NCBI GenBank assembly: GCA_964195975.1
Contig: CAXMQZ010000126.1
Location: 14,985-78,984, forward strand
DNA from: an uncultured Polyangiaceae bacterium
GTDB lineage: Bacteria > Acidobacteriota > Thermoanaerobaculia > Multivoradales > JAHEKO01
DNA: 64,000 nucleotides
Direction: 5' to 3'
Shown here: positions 37,761 to 45,809 of the stretch, piece after piece
Layout: each line of letters begins with the position of its first letter
Numbering within the stretch: the first letter of the stretch is position 1
Program-made: the position numbers and the translations under genes
The notes under the pieces: model-generated
Database searches by the model: none
Seen by the model: only the letters and a program-made list of their open reading frames with translations
What the model was told of the DNA's origin: nothing

Positions 37761-38659
37761 GACATCTCTCCATTTCTCCCGACATCGCTTCCGCTCTAGA
37801 GTCAGGCAAACCAGTGGTGGCGCTTGAAACCACTCTTGTCACGCATGGGTTCCCTCACCCAGAGGGTCTAGAGATCGCGCTGGAACTCGAACAGGCCATC
37901 CGCACTGAAGGTGCAACTCCGGCCACGATAGGGGTCCTTGACAGCAGCCTTAGAGTCGGCATCAGCGCCGATGAGCTCGAGACTCTGGCTCAGGCCCGAT
38001 CGGTGCCAAAGCTCAATCCAAGCAACCTCGCCGCAGGAATTACGACAGTGGGTATCGGGTCGACCACCGTCGCGGCGACGATGGTCGCAGCTCACCTCAC
38101 AGGAATTCACGTCTTCTCCACTGGAGGGATCGGGGGGGTGCACCGTAACGTCGCTGACACTGGTGACATTTCAGCCGACCTCATGGCACTCGGCCGCTTC
38201 CCGGTCGCTGTGGTTTGCGCCGGGGCCAAGGCGGTGCTCGATCTGCCCAAGACGGTAGAAGCTCTCGAGACTCACGGGGTTCCCATCTTCGGCGTAGGCA
38301 CTGATCGATTCCCGGCGTTTTATCGGCGGGACAGCGGGGTTCCGATCGACCAGGGATTCAACGACATCTCGCATTTGGCGAAGGCCGTCAGCGCCCACTT
38401 CGAGCTCGACATCGGTTCGGGCGTGGTAGTTGCCAACCCGATCCCCTTCGAGGCCGAGATGCCTGAGGAACTTTACGAGACCAGTCTCGAGCGGTCGCTC
38501 GAAGACCTGGCTTCGAGTGGCGTTCGGGGTCGCGAGGTCACACCCTATCTTCTGGAAAGGCTCCGTTTGCTGACCAAGGGAGAGAGTGTTTTTTCCAACC
38601 GCGCTCTGCTTCTCCACAATGCCAAGATCGCAGCGAGACTGGCAGTCGCCCTCGAGTGA
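37742..38659 (+). CDS. psuG: Pseudouridine-5'-phosphate glycosidase
   Basis: This is an indigoidine-synthase-A-like fold protein of 305 aa with GGIGGVHRN and VVCAGAKAVLDLPKTVE regions. Confidence 0.8.
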   Translation: MVRRPMRHLSISPDIASALESGKPVVALETTLVTHGFPHPEGLEIALELEQAIRTEGATPATIGVLDSSLRVGISADELETLAQARSVPKLNPSNLAAGITTVGIGSTTVAATMVAAHLTGIHVFSTGGIGGVHRNVADTGDISADLMALGRFPVAVVCAGAKAVLDLPKTVEALETHGVPIFGVGTDRFPAFYRRDSGVPIDQGFNDISHLAKAVSAHFELDIGSGVVVANPIPFEAEMPEELYETSLERSLEDLASSGVRGREVTPYLLERLRLLTKGESVFSNRALLLHNAKIAARLAVALE

Positions 38660-38672
38660 GGGATTCCGCCCG

Positions 38673-39695
38673 CTAACGAATCGGCACGCAAATGTTCGTG
38701 ATGAGTCGGTCCTCTGGAGTCATCCCAGGGTCGGATATCCACTCTTCCCACAGATTGCCGTTCTTCTCCAGACCAAACAAAGCGATGTAGGCATCAATCT
38801 TCTCGATCGTATCTGAGATTTCATCATAGGAACCGACATGGATCACTCGTATAGCCCTGCCAGCGTAGGTGTCGCGAACAAAAACCTGGGGCTCCTGGGT
38901 CGGTTCAGCCACCGGAGCCGCGATTAGTGGAATTCCCGCTTCGAAGTGCCACTCCTCCTCGGTGGCGAGCCTGGTGATCGCAAGAGGAGGACCTGACTGA
39001 TCCAGCTTGTACCTACCCATAAACGCTCTCACGTGGCTATAAGCCGTACCCAACGCTTCTGCGATGTCGTCTCGATCCCACGATGAATTGCCATCCGAGT
39101 AGGCCATCGGGACAGAGTCGACGATCACGATCTGTATATCCAACCCAGACCAGTCTGCGCCGGGCATGGATTCGGCAAGCTCTTTGAGATTGGCAAGGCC
39201 TTTGTCGTAGTCGGTGCCCACAATCCGATTGAACATAAGTCCGAAATATCGGCCCACTAGATCCCAACCAAACTCGGTGTCGAGACCCCAGGTGATCTCG
39301 GTGCCTGATTCGACCTCCACGAGCTTGAAATAGGCCTCGGCGGTTCCCTGCTGGCCGAGGTCGAGATGGGTGCGCACCGATTCGTAAGGCTCGCTAGCAA
39401 CGATCTCCTGGCTTCCCGAGCCCACATCACGTTGCTCGCTCGACCAGATCATCTTGGCTCCAACCCCGTAATCAGGTCCTTCGTAGCTGATATCTGCGTT
39501 TGGATCGCGCTCGTACCAGGGCGACCAGCGATTGAAGCCTCGGAACCCGTTGACCAAGACAAAGACCGTGGCTTGGGGTGCTTCGATGACGGTGGAGCGT
39601 TCGACGTGCGCTGAGCTCGGAAGAAAGACTCCCACCACTCCAAAAACCACCAGCAGCACCAATAGAAGCTTGAGTATCGCCTTGAGAACCTTCAT
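38673..39695 (-). CDS. Membrane-anchored SRPBCC-like plus GyrI-like small-molecule-binding domain protein
   Basis: I placed the start at the ATG at 39695 (MKVLKAILK...), preceded by AGGAAGG. It has an N-terminal TM anchor and a C-terminal GyrI-like region. Confidence 0.45.
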   Translation of the reverse strand: MKVLKAILKLLLVLLVVFGVVGVFLPSSAHVERSTVIEAPQATVFVLVNGFRGFNRWSPWYERDPNADISYEGPDYGVGAKMIWSSEQRDVGSGSQEIVASEPYESVRTHLDLGQQGTAEAYFKLVEVESGTEITWGLDTEFGWDLVGRYFGLMFNRIVGTDYDKGLANLKELAESMPGADWSGLDIQIVIVDSVPMAYSDGNSSWDRDDIAEALGTAYSHVRAFMGRYKLDQSGPPLAITRLATEEEWHFEAGIPLIAAPVAEPTQEPQVFVRDTYAGRAIRVIHVGSYDEISDTIEKIDAYIALFGLEKNGNLWEEWISDPGMTPEDRLITNICVPIR

Positions 39696-39838
39696 CGACC
39701 GGACCCTTCCTTTAAACGAGCGCAAACAATGAGGGGACATTCTACGCTTTCCGAATCCGACTTCTAATCAGAATCGAACATCTAACAGACAATTTCTTCG
39801 CTTTGCGGCTACACTCCCCTCCCGAGAGAAAACTACCG

Positions 39839-41071
39839 ATGCCCCGCCTGACGACTGCAGCTCTCCTGTTTACAGCCATGATCTTCGGCGCTCAATCCAG
39901 CCCTGTGGGTGCGCAAACTGAAGACGACCCGGTCGAGGCTCGAGCTCAGGGTGGAAAGAAGAACCGCAAGGAGCAGAATCGACCGATCAAGTTGGGGACT
40001 TCGGGCGGAAGTCTGAAAGACCGAACCCTATTCGGTAACTCGATCGCCTGCTGCGGTGGCACTCTCGGTGGTCTTGTCGAGAAGAATGGCAATCTTCATA
40101 TTCTCAGCAACAACCACGTGATCGCGCGCGCTAATAAGGCCAGAAGGGGGGAAGCAATTGCCCAACCGAGCTACCTCGATCAGACGCCCGCTTGCCAAGT
40201 ACCAGATGACTCAGAGATCGTGGCGAATCTGACGACATTCAAGAGAATCAAATTCGGGGGCACGAAGATCAACAGAGTCGACGCCGCAATTGCGAAAATC
40301 GTCCCGGGAACGGTCAATCTGAGTGGAAGAATCCTCAACATCGGGATACCAGGAACGACTCCTGTAGACCCTGCCATCGGGATGGAAGTCAAGAAATCGG
40401 GGCGCACCAGCGGTTTGACCCGAGGTGTCATTTTCAATGTCGACGCAGTGGTCGACGTTACATTTGAACAGGGTTGCGGAACCGACGTAGAGAAAACCGC
40501 CAGATTTGTCGATCAAATCTTGATCAGTGGCTCAGGCAAGAAATTCAGCAAGAGTGGAGATTCAGGCTCCATGGTCTACCGCAACGTGGCCAACTGTCCC
40601 GCGCCGGTCGGTCTGCTCTTTGCCGGCAACGAGTCCTTCACCGCTGCCAATCCAATCAAGAAAGTTCAGAACCAACTCGGAAAGCGGCGTCCAAAAGGCG
40701 ATGTCAACTTTGTAGGTTGCACCGCTTCGGCTGCGGCTACCTCTACGGATACGGCTACCTCTACGCAAGAGGAAGTAATGGCACAGGACGCAAGCGAAAT
40801 TCTCATGGCGGATCCAGAGGTCAGATTTGCCTCGCGGGTGCTGGCCAGAAGGCGACACCAGCTGATGACACCCAGCAATGTTTTTGGTATCGGCGTCGGG
40901 CTCAGCAGCTCGGGTCCAGCGGAACCTGTCATTCATATCTTTGCCGACCGCGACAAACCCGAGAGTTGGTCCGAGCTGCCTTCCGAGATCGATGGCGTCC
41001 GCACCGAGATCGTCCCGACCGGACCCTTTCTTGCCTATTGCGACGGCAACGGCGCTCCGAGTAGCAACTAG
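39839..41071 (+). CDS. Secreted chymotrypsin-fold (S1-like) serine protease with an uncharacterised C-terminal domain
   Basis: It has a signal peptide, and the H (LSNNHV), D (RVDAAIAKI) and S (GDSGSMVY) catalytic residues in the S1 order. Its stop TAG lies inside the left TIR of the downstream element. Confidence 0.55.
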   Translation: MPRLTTAALLFTAMIFGAQSSPVGAQTEDDPVEARAQGGKKNRKEQNRPIKLGTSGGSLKDRTLFGNSIACCGGTLGGLVEKNGNLHILSNNHVIARANKARRGEAIAQPSYLDQTPACQVPDDSEIVANLTTFKRIKFGGTKINRVDAAIAKIVPGTVNLSGRILNIGIPGTTPVDPAIGMEVKKSGRTSGLTRGVIFNVDAVVDVTFEQGCGTDVEKTARFVDQILISGSGKKFSKSGDSGSMVYRNVANCPAPVGLLFAGNESFTAANPIKKVQNQLGKRRPKGDVNFVGCTASAAATSTDTATSTQEEVMAQDASEILMADPEVRFASRVLARRRHQLMTPSNVFGIGVGLSSSGPAEPVIHIFADRDKPESWSELPSEIDGVRTEIVPTGPFLAYCDGNGAPSSN

Positions 41072-41342
41072 TACTCCCGGCCGGAAATACCGGAACGTTT
41101 GCGGATGGCAGTTGTGAGTGAGGTCCAGGAGCGAGGAGGAGTCGATGTGGGACATCGGCGACGATGAGAGACGCCGAGATCGCTCACAAGAGCGATCCGC
41201 CCCTTGGGTGGCGGCGGGATGGCTCCTGCGGCGGCGTTGCGACGACTCAACGATGGCACCGCATCGCCTGCGTCGCCGCGCCTAGCCTCGGTGCCATCGC
41301 GCTCGCCACAAACGTCTCGGTATTTCCGGCCGGGAGTACTAG
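41068..41342. mobile_element. MITE-like element: a 275-bp unit bounded by perfect 25-bp terminal inverted repeats (CTAGTACTCCCGGCCGGAAATACCG ... CGGTATTTCCGGCCGGGAGTACTAG)
   Basis: The TIRs are exact reverse complements, read directly from the sequence. The interior is GC-rich with no credible ORF. The core shares sequence with the solo palindrome at 8997-9022. Confidence 0.5.
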
Positions 41343-41360
41343 TACTGCTGGTCAGAAGAT

Positions 41361-41549
41361 CTAATCTTTCTGCGGTTGGGTGTCGCTCCTCGACTCTTGG
41401 CCTCCCAGCCGTCCAGCCCGCCCAAGGGAGTCCCGAAGCAGAAATTCGATCTGCGCATTGACGCTGCGGAGCTCGTCGGCCGCCCACATCTCCAGGCGGC
41501 CATAGAGCTCGGGATCGAGACGCAGTAGAAAACGCTTCTTGTCAGCCAA
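41361..41549 (-). CDS. Arc/MetJ-type ribbon-helix-helix DNA-binding protein
   Basis: The N-terminus [42 protein letters not shown] matches the Arc-like RHH pattern. It is 62 aa. Confidence 0.6.
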   Translation of the reverse strand: MADKKRFLLRLDPELYGRLEMWAADELRSVNAQIEFLLRDSLGRAGRLGGQESRSDTQPQKD

Positions 41550-41556
41550 TCTATTC

Positions 41557-42333
41557 TCAGGTGTAGAGAGTGCCAGTGTTCAGAACCGGGGTGCTCGACT
41601 GCTCGCTAGTCAGCACTACCATCAGATTGTTGACCATTGCGGCCTTGCGCTCTTCGTCGAGCTCGACGATGCCCTGCTCGGAGAGCGCACGGAGGGCATG
41701 GTCGACCATTCCTACGGCCGCCTCGACGATCAATTTCCTTGCGGCAACAACAGCCTGAGCTTGTTGGCGTCGTAACATCGCCTGAGCGATTTCGGGCGCA
41801 TAGGCCAGATGAGTCAGCCGTGCCTCCTCTACCTCGACGCCGGCTACTTGAAGCCTGGCCTGAAGCTCCTCGCGCAACTCATCGGCGATCTCCTCTTGAT
41901 TGCCACGCAGCGAGACCTCACCTCCACTGGCATCCCGCGGATCGTAGGGGTGGCTCGTAGCCAATGATCGGACCGCGGTCTCGACTTGGACACCGACAAA
42001 TTTCTCGTACTGATCGACGTCAAACAGCGACTTGGCACTATCAATCACTCTCCAAACGATTACCGCAGCGATCTCGATTGGGCTACCGCTCTCATCGTTG
42101 ACTTTGATGGTCTCGCTGGTCAGGTTTCGCACTCGCAACGAAACTCGCCTCTTGATGGCGAACGGGTTGCCCCATCGAAATCCCTCGATCCGACAGGTGC
42201 CGATATAGCGGCCAAAAAAAATCAACACCTTTGCTTCGTTGGGCTGTACGGTAAAAAGACCGACTAGAAGAATCACCGCAAAGACGATCAATCCAACCGC
42301 CCACAACAGAGAGCCGATCGCCTCATATTTCAC
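41557..42333 (-). CDS. SPFH/band-7 (stomatin/prohibitin-like) membrane protein
   Basis: It has an N-terminal TM helix and an SPFH domain. The start codon is GTG. Confidence 0.85.
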   Translation of the reverse strand: MKYEAIGSLLWAVGLIVFAVILLVGLFTVQPNEAKVLIFFGRYIGTCRIEGFRWGNPFAIKRRVSLRVRNLTSETIKVNDESGSPIEIAAVIVWRVIDSAKSLFDVDQYEKFVGVQVETAVRSLATSHPYDPRDASGGEVSLRGNQEEIADELREELQARLQVAGVEVEEARLTHLAYAPEIAQAMLRRQQAQAVVAARKLIVEAAVGMVDHALRALSEQGIVELDEERKAAMVNNLMVVLTSEQSSTPVLNTGTLYT

Positions 42334-42348
42334 TGCCTGGACAAAACT

Positions 42349-42453
42349 CTAGGTTCCGAAACCGCAAAAGACCAGTCCAACCAACAGCATGCCAAAACCG
42401 TTGAAGGTGGTTGCAGAATACTCGCTCACCGTCCTGAATTCTCGAGTGCTCAT
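42349..42453 (-). CDS. Small hydrophobic protein (34 aa) upstream of the SPFH gene. It is not in the ORF track.
   Basis: I translated it by hand as MSTREFRTVSEYSATTFNGFGMLLVGLVFCGFGT. A GGAGG lies 9 nt upstream. Its stop is 15 nt before the SPFH start. Confidence 0.35.
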   Translation of the reverse strand: MSTREFRTVSEYSATTFNGFGMLLVGLVFCGFGT

Positions 42454-42573
42454 GAGCTTGGGCCTCCTGAATAGATGATATCATAAAGATATCTTATTCA
42501 TATCAACCCCAAAGAAGGCTCTCTTATTCCCCGAGCTCGAAATCTCGTGCCACTGGGTAGGAAACTGGTGATC

Positions 42574-43350
42574 CTAGTCTTTGTCGGGTTTGTCGTTAGG
42601 TAAACGGTCGCCAGGCGTCAAGGGGTATTCCCGGTGTTTGCTGCCCTTACGATTGAACAACCAGATGAATTGAAGGTTCCGGAAGCGTCTGAGCGAAGCA
42701 AGGTCCTCTTCGCTCAAAGTGTCGGGTGCAAGCAGAACCTTCCACTTGGCTAACGTGTTGTCATGGTTCCAGGAGATCAGGGGAGAAAACATGCGGTGCA
42801 AGAACCCTCCGGGGCGAAACCAAAAGGCACCAGCCAGGTCGAGCACCACGAGCTCGCCGTCATCTTTCAGCAGAACATTCTGACGTCCTCTCAGGTCCAG
42901 ATGAAGAAACCCGCGCTCCTCGAGCCGGTCCAGTATTTTGGCGAACTCGCGCAGATACTGCTCCCCCTCTTCGTAGCGATCATGCGAGGTCGTCAGCTGG
43001 ACACCCTCGATCTTCTCCATCGCCAGCGCGTATCGATCGACTCGGCCCACAAAGGCCGGCACCCCCCGCATTGCACCCAGCCGTCTATAGGCCCTGCACT
43101 CGTGGCTGATCAACATCCAGCCCATCAGACGCACCCACCAGGGCTTGGGAGCAAAGTCCTTGACCACCACTGGACCTTCGCCGATATCCACCACGAGAAG
43201 ATCGGCGTTATAGGGCCGGTCTTCACGTAATCTGTCGATCGTCGACGCCGCCAGCTCCTCGCGCTTGGGAGCGCGCGATGGAAGACCAGACGCCGGTCGG
43301 GCCCCGGTTTTGGATGCTATGCTGTCGCCATCACTCATTGGGCTGTCCAC
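42574..43350 (-). CDS. Kdo/LPS-kinase (RIO-like) family protein kinase
   Basis: It has a kinase catalytic loop HLDLRGRQNVLL and a DLA (DFG-like) motif. Confidence 0.55.
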   Translation of the reverse strand: MDSPMSDGDSIASKTGARPASGLPSRAPKREELAASTIDRLREDRPYNADLLVVDIGEGPVVVKDFAPKPWWVRLMGWMLISHECRAYRRLGAMRGVPAFVGRVDRYALAMEKIEGVQLTTSHDRYEEGEQYLREFAKILDRLEERGFLHLDLRGRQNVLLKDDGELVVLDLAGAFWFRPGGFLHRMFSPLISWNHDNTLAKWKVLLAPDTLSEEDLASLRRFRNLQFIWLFNRKGSKHREYPLTPGDRLPNDKPDKD

Positions 43351-43398
43351 TTCCCTGACAAGATAGCCGAATTCGCTGTCGGAGACTACTCAATCGAG

Positions 43399-43962
43399 AT
43401 GACGTCCAGAACCTACAACCGCTCCCTGGGACGACTCAGACTCGCAGCCATGTTCGCCCTGGTGGCGGCATTGCTCTACTTCTCCGAGCCCACCAAGACC
43501 AGTGTTCTTGCTGGCGCGGTTCTTGTCGCGATCGGCGAAGCGGTCCGTTTTTGGGCTGCCGGCCACCTGTTCAAGACGAAGGAGTTGATCACCAGCGGTC
43601 CCTACCGCTACACCCGAAACCCCCTCTACTTAGGACGGTTTCTGATCTTTACCGGGGTCTGCGTCATGGTGCATCTACCCTACGGCGGCAGCTGGGTGAT
43701 GCTTCTGCTGGGCTACGCCGCTTTTTTTGGCTACTACCTACCTCGAAAGGAACGGGTCGAGCCAACGCGACTGCGCGAGGTGCATGGCGAGCCTTTTGAT
43801 CGTTACTTCGCAGCGGTTCCTGCGCTGTTTCCCAAGCTTCCACCTTACGCCGACGCCACCCCTGGCAAGTGGCAGTTCGATCGCATGGCGAGAAACAAAG
43901 AGTACTGGATGGTAATTGGCCTCGTAGCCCTTACGGTCTTTCTTGGATTTCGCGCCAGCTAG
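43399..43962 (+). CDS. Isoprenylcysteine carboxyl / phospholipid methyltransferase family membrane protein
   Basis: The ICMT/PEMT signature region is YRYTRNPLYLGRFLIFTG. It has 4-5 TM helices. Confidence 0.7.
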   Translation: MTSRTYNRSLGRLRLAAMFALVAALLYFSEPTKTSVLAGAVLVAIGEAVRFWAAGHLFKTKELITSGPYRYTRNPLYLGRFLIFTGVCVMVHLPYGGSWVMLLLGYAAFFGYYLPRKERVEPTRLREVHGEPFDRYFAAVPALFPKLPPYADATPGKWQFDRMARNKEYWMVIGLVALTVFLGFRAS

Positions 43963-45793
43963 CCGGTTCTACCGAACTGGGCTCACGGCGAATACCAGCG
44001 CCATTTCTAAACTGGAGATCGTGTAATCGCGCATAGAGGCCACGACGACGAAGCAGATCCTCATGGGTTCCCTGCTCGATGATCCTTCCCTCCTCCAGGA
44101 CGACGATTCGATCCGCCTGCCGCACCGTCGAGAGACGATGAGCTACGACCAGGCTAGTTCGACCCTTCAACAGCACATCGAGCGCTTCCTGCACAAGACT
44201 TTCCGACTCGGCATCGAGCGCCGAGGTCGCCTCGTCCAAGATGAGGATGGGCGGATCCTTGAGCAGCGCCCTCGCGATTGCGATCCTCTGCCTCTGCCCC
44301 ATCGAGAGACCCGAGCCTCCCTCTCCGAGCTGAGTATCGTACTTATCGGGTAGCTTCTCGATGAAATCGTGCGCGTTCGCCGCCTTGGATGCTGCGACGA
44401 TCTGCTCGAATGAAATGTCTTCGCGACCGTAGCTGATGTTGTCGCGTACCGAGTCGGAAAACAGTATCGTCTCCTGAGTTACGAGACCGATCAGGCCTCG
44501 TAGCGAAGTTAGGGTTACCTGGCTGATATCCTGGTCGTCGATCGTGATTCGACCTGAGGTCGGATCATAGAAGCGAGGCACTAGCTGGGCCAGGGTCGTC
44601 TTGCCGCCGCCTGATGGGCCAACCAGAGCCACCATTGATCCCCTTGGGATTGACAGATCCAACTCGAGAAGAACGGGATCGTGGTCGTAGGCAAATTCGA
44701 CCTGCTCGAACCGGATCTCGTGATTGAATCCGTCGAGATCTCTGGCACCTGGAATCTCCTGAATATCGGGCTGCGTATCGAGCACTTCGAAGACTCTGTC
44801 GGCCGCAGCCAACGCCTGCTGAATCTGGACATTGACAACGTTGAGCTTTCTCACAGAAATATAGAGAACCCCCAGGCCACCTATGACGACGGAGAAGTTG
44901 CCAGGATCGATATAGCCTTGCGCGATGCCAAAACCGGCAATCATCAATAGAGAGGCCCCGGCCACAGCACCGACCTGTTCCATGATCGGAGATGCAGCTG
45001 CGGCTGCCCTGCCGGCCTTCAAATCCACTTTGAGCATCTGATTGAGGGCATCCCTGAACCGAGAGGTCTCGAACTGCTCCATCCCAAACGCCTGTACAAC
45101 CTTGATCCCCGACACCGTCTCCGCCAGAAGATTAGAGGCTTCCGCCATCGATTCCTGCGATCGCCTCGAGGCCTTTCTAAGCCTCTTTCCTAGCCGTATC
45201 ATCGGATATGCCATCAACGGCAGGACGAAAAGAGCGAACAGAGACATTCGCCAGTCGTGTACCAACACCACGATCAACATGAACGGGATCATCGCTGACA
45301 CCCGGACCAGATCCGCCAGAACGACTGTGCTCACGACCTGAAGTCTCTGAACATCGCTCATGATTCGAGAGAGCATGGAACCGGTACTGTGCTGGGTAAA
45401 GAATCCGGGTGACTGGCGAGTGACTTCCTCGAAAAGCTCCGTACGAAGATTTCTGATGACCAAGGCACCCACCTTCATCGTCATGTACTGACCAAAGTAA
45501 AGAAAAACGCCTCGCAGGGCGAAAATTACGACGGTCAGAATCGGCACCTGGATGAACGAGCGATCCTTGATCCAGTCTCGGATCGCTCCGGCCGGGATCC
45601 ACTCTTCGAATCTGTCCAAGATGTCCGGCCCGGCCTCAACGACCGTGCTGCTGAGCACCTCGTTCACCAGTGGCTTCATCGAGGCAACGACGATCGACAT
45701 CAAGGCACCCGACAGAGCCAGCAAGATACTGGCGACCACCATCTTGCCCAGATAGGGCCGAAAATAGCCTAGAAGCCTCGAAATTGTTTGCAC
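43931..45793 (-). CDS. ABC exporter, fused permease-ATPase (MsbA-like)
   Basis: A 6-TM domain is followed by Walker A GPSGGGKTT, the ABC signature LSGGQRQRIAIARAL and Walker B ILILDEATSALD. Confidence 0.85.
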   Translation of the reverse strand: MQTISRLLGYFRPYLGKMVVASILLALSGALMSIVVASMKPLVNEVLSSTVVEAGPDILDRFEEWIPAGAIRDWIKDRSFIQVPILTVVIFALRGVFLYFGQYMTMKVGALVIRNLRTELFEEVTRQSPGFFTQHSTGSMLSRIMSDVQRLQVVSTVVLADLVRVSAMIPFMLIVVLVHDWRMSLFALFVLPLMAYPMIRLGKRLRKASRRSQESMAEASNLLAETVSGIKVVQAFGMEQFETSRFRDALNQMLKVDLKAGRAAAAASPIMEQVGAVAGASLLMIAGFGIAQGYIDPGNFSVVIGGLGVLYISVRKLNVVNVQIQQALAAADRVFEVLDTQPDIQEIPGARDLDGFNHEIRFEQVEFAYDHDPVLLELDLSIPRGSMVALVGPSGGGKTTLAQLVPRFYDPTSGRITIDDQDISQVTLTSLRGLIGLVTQETILFSDSVRDNISYGREDISFEQIVAASKAANAHDFIEKLPDKYDTQLGEGGSGLSMGQRQRIAIARALLKDPPILILDEATSALDAESESLVQEALDVLLKGRTSLVVAHRLSTVRQADRIVVLEEGRIIEQGTHEDLLRRRGLYARLHDLQFRNGAGIRREPSSVEPASWREIQERP

Positions 45794-45809
45794 GATCGCA
45801 TGCTATCGG

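Noticed and set aside
40562-41487. Minus-strand ORFs 40562-41155 and 41068-41487, and plus-strand ORFs 41164-41364 and 41204-41461
   Set aside because: They are antisense to the S1 protease gene and/or run through the MITE-like element. They are Arg/Ala-rich and no RBS was found.
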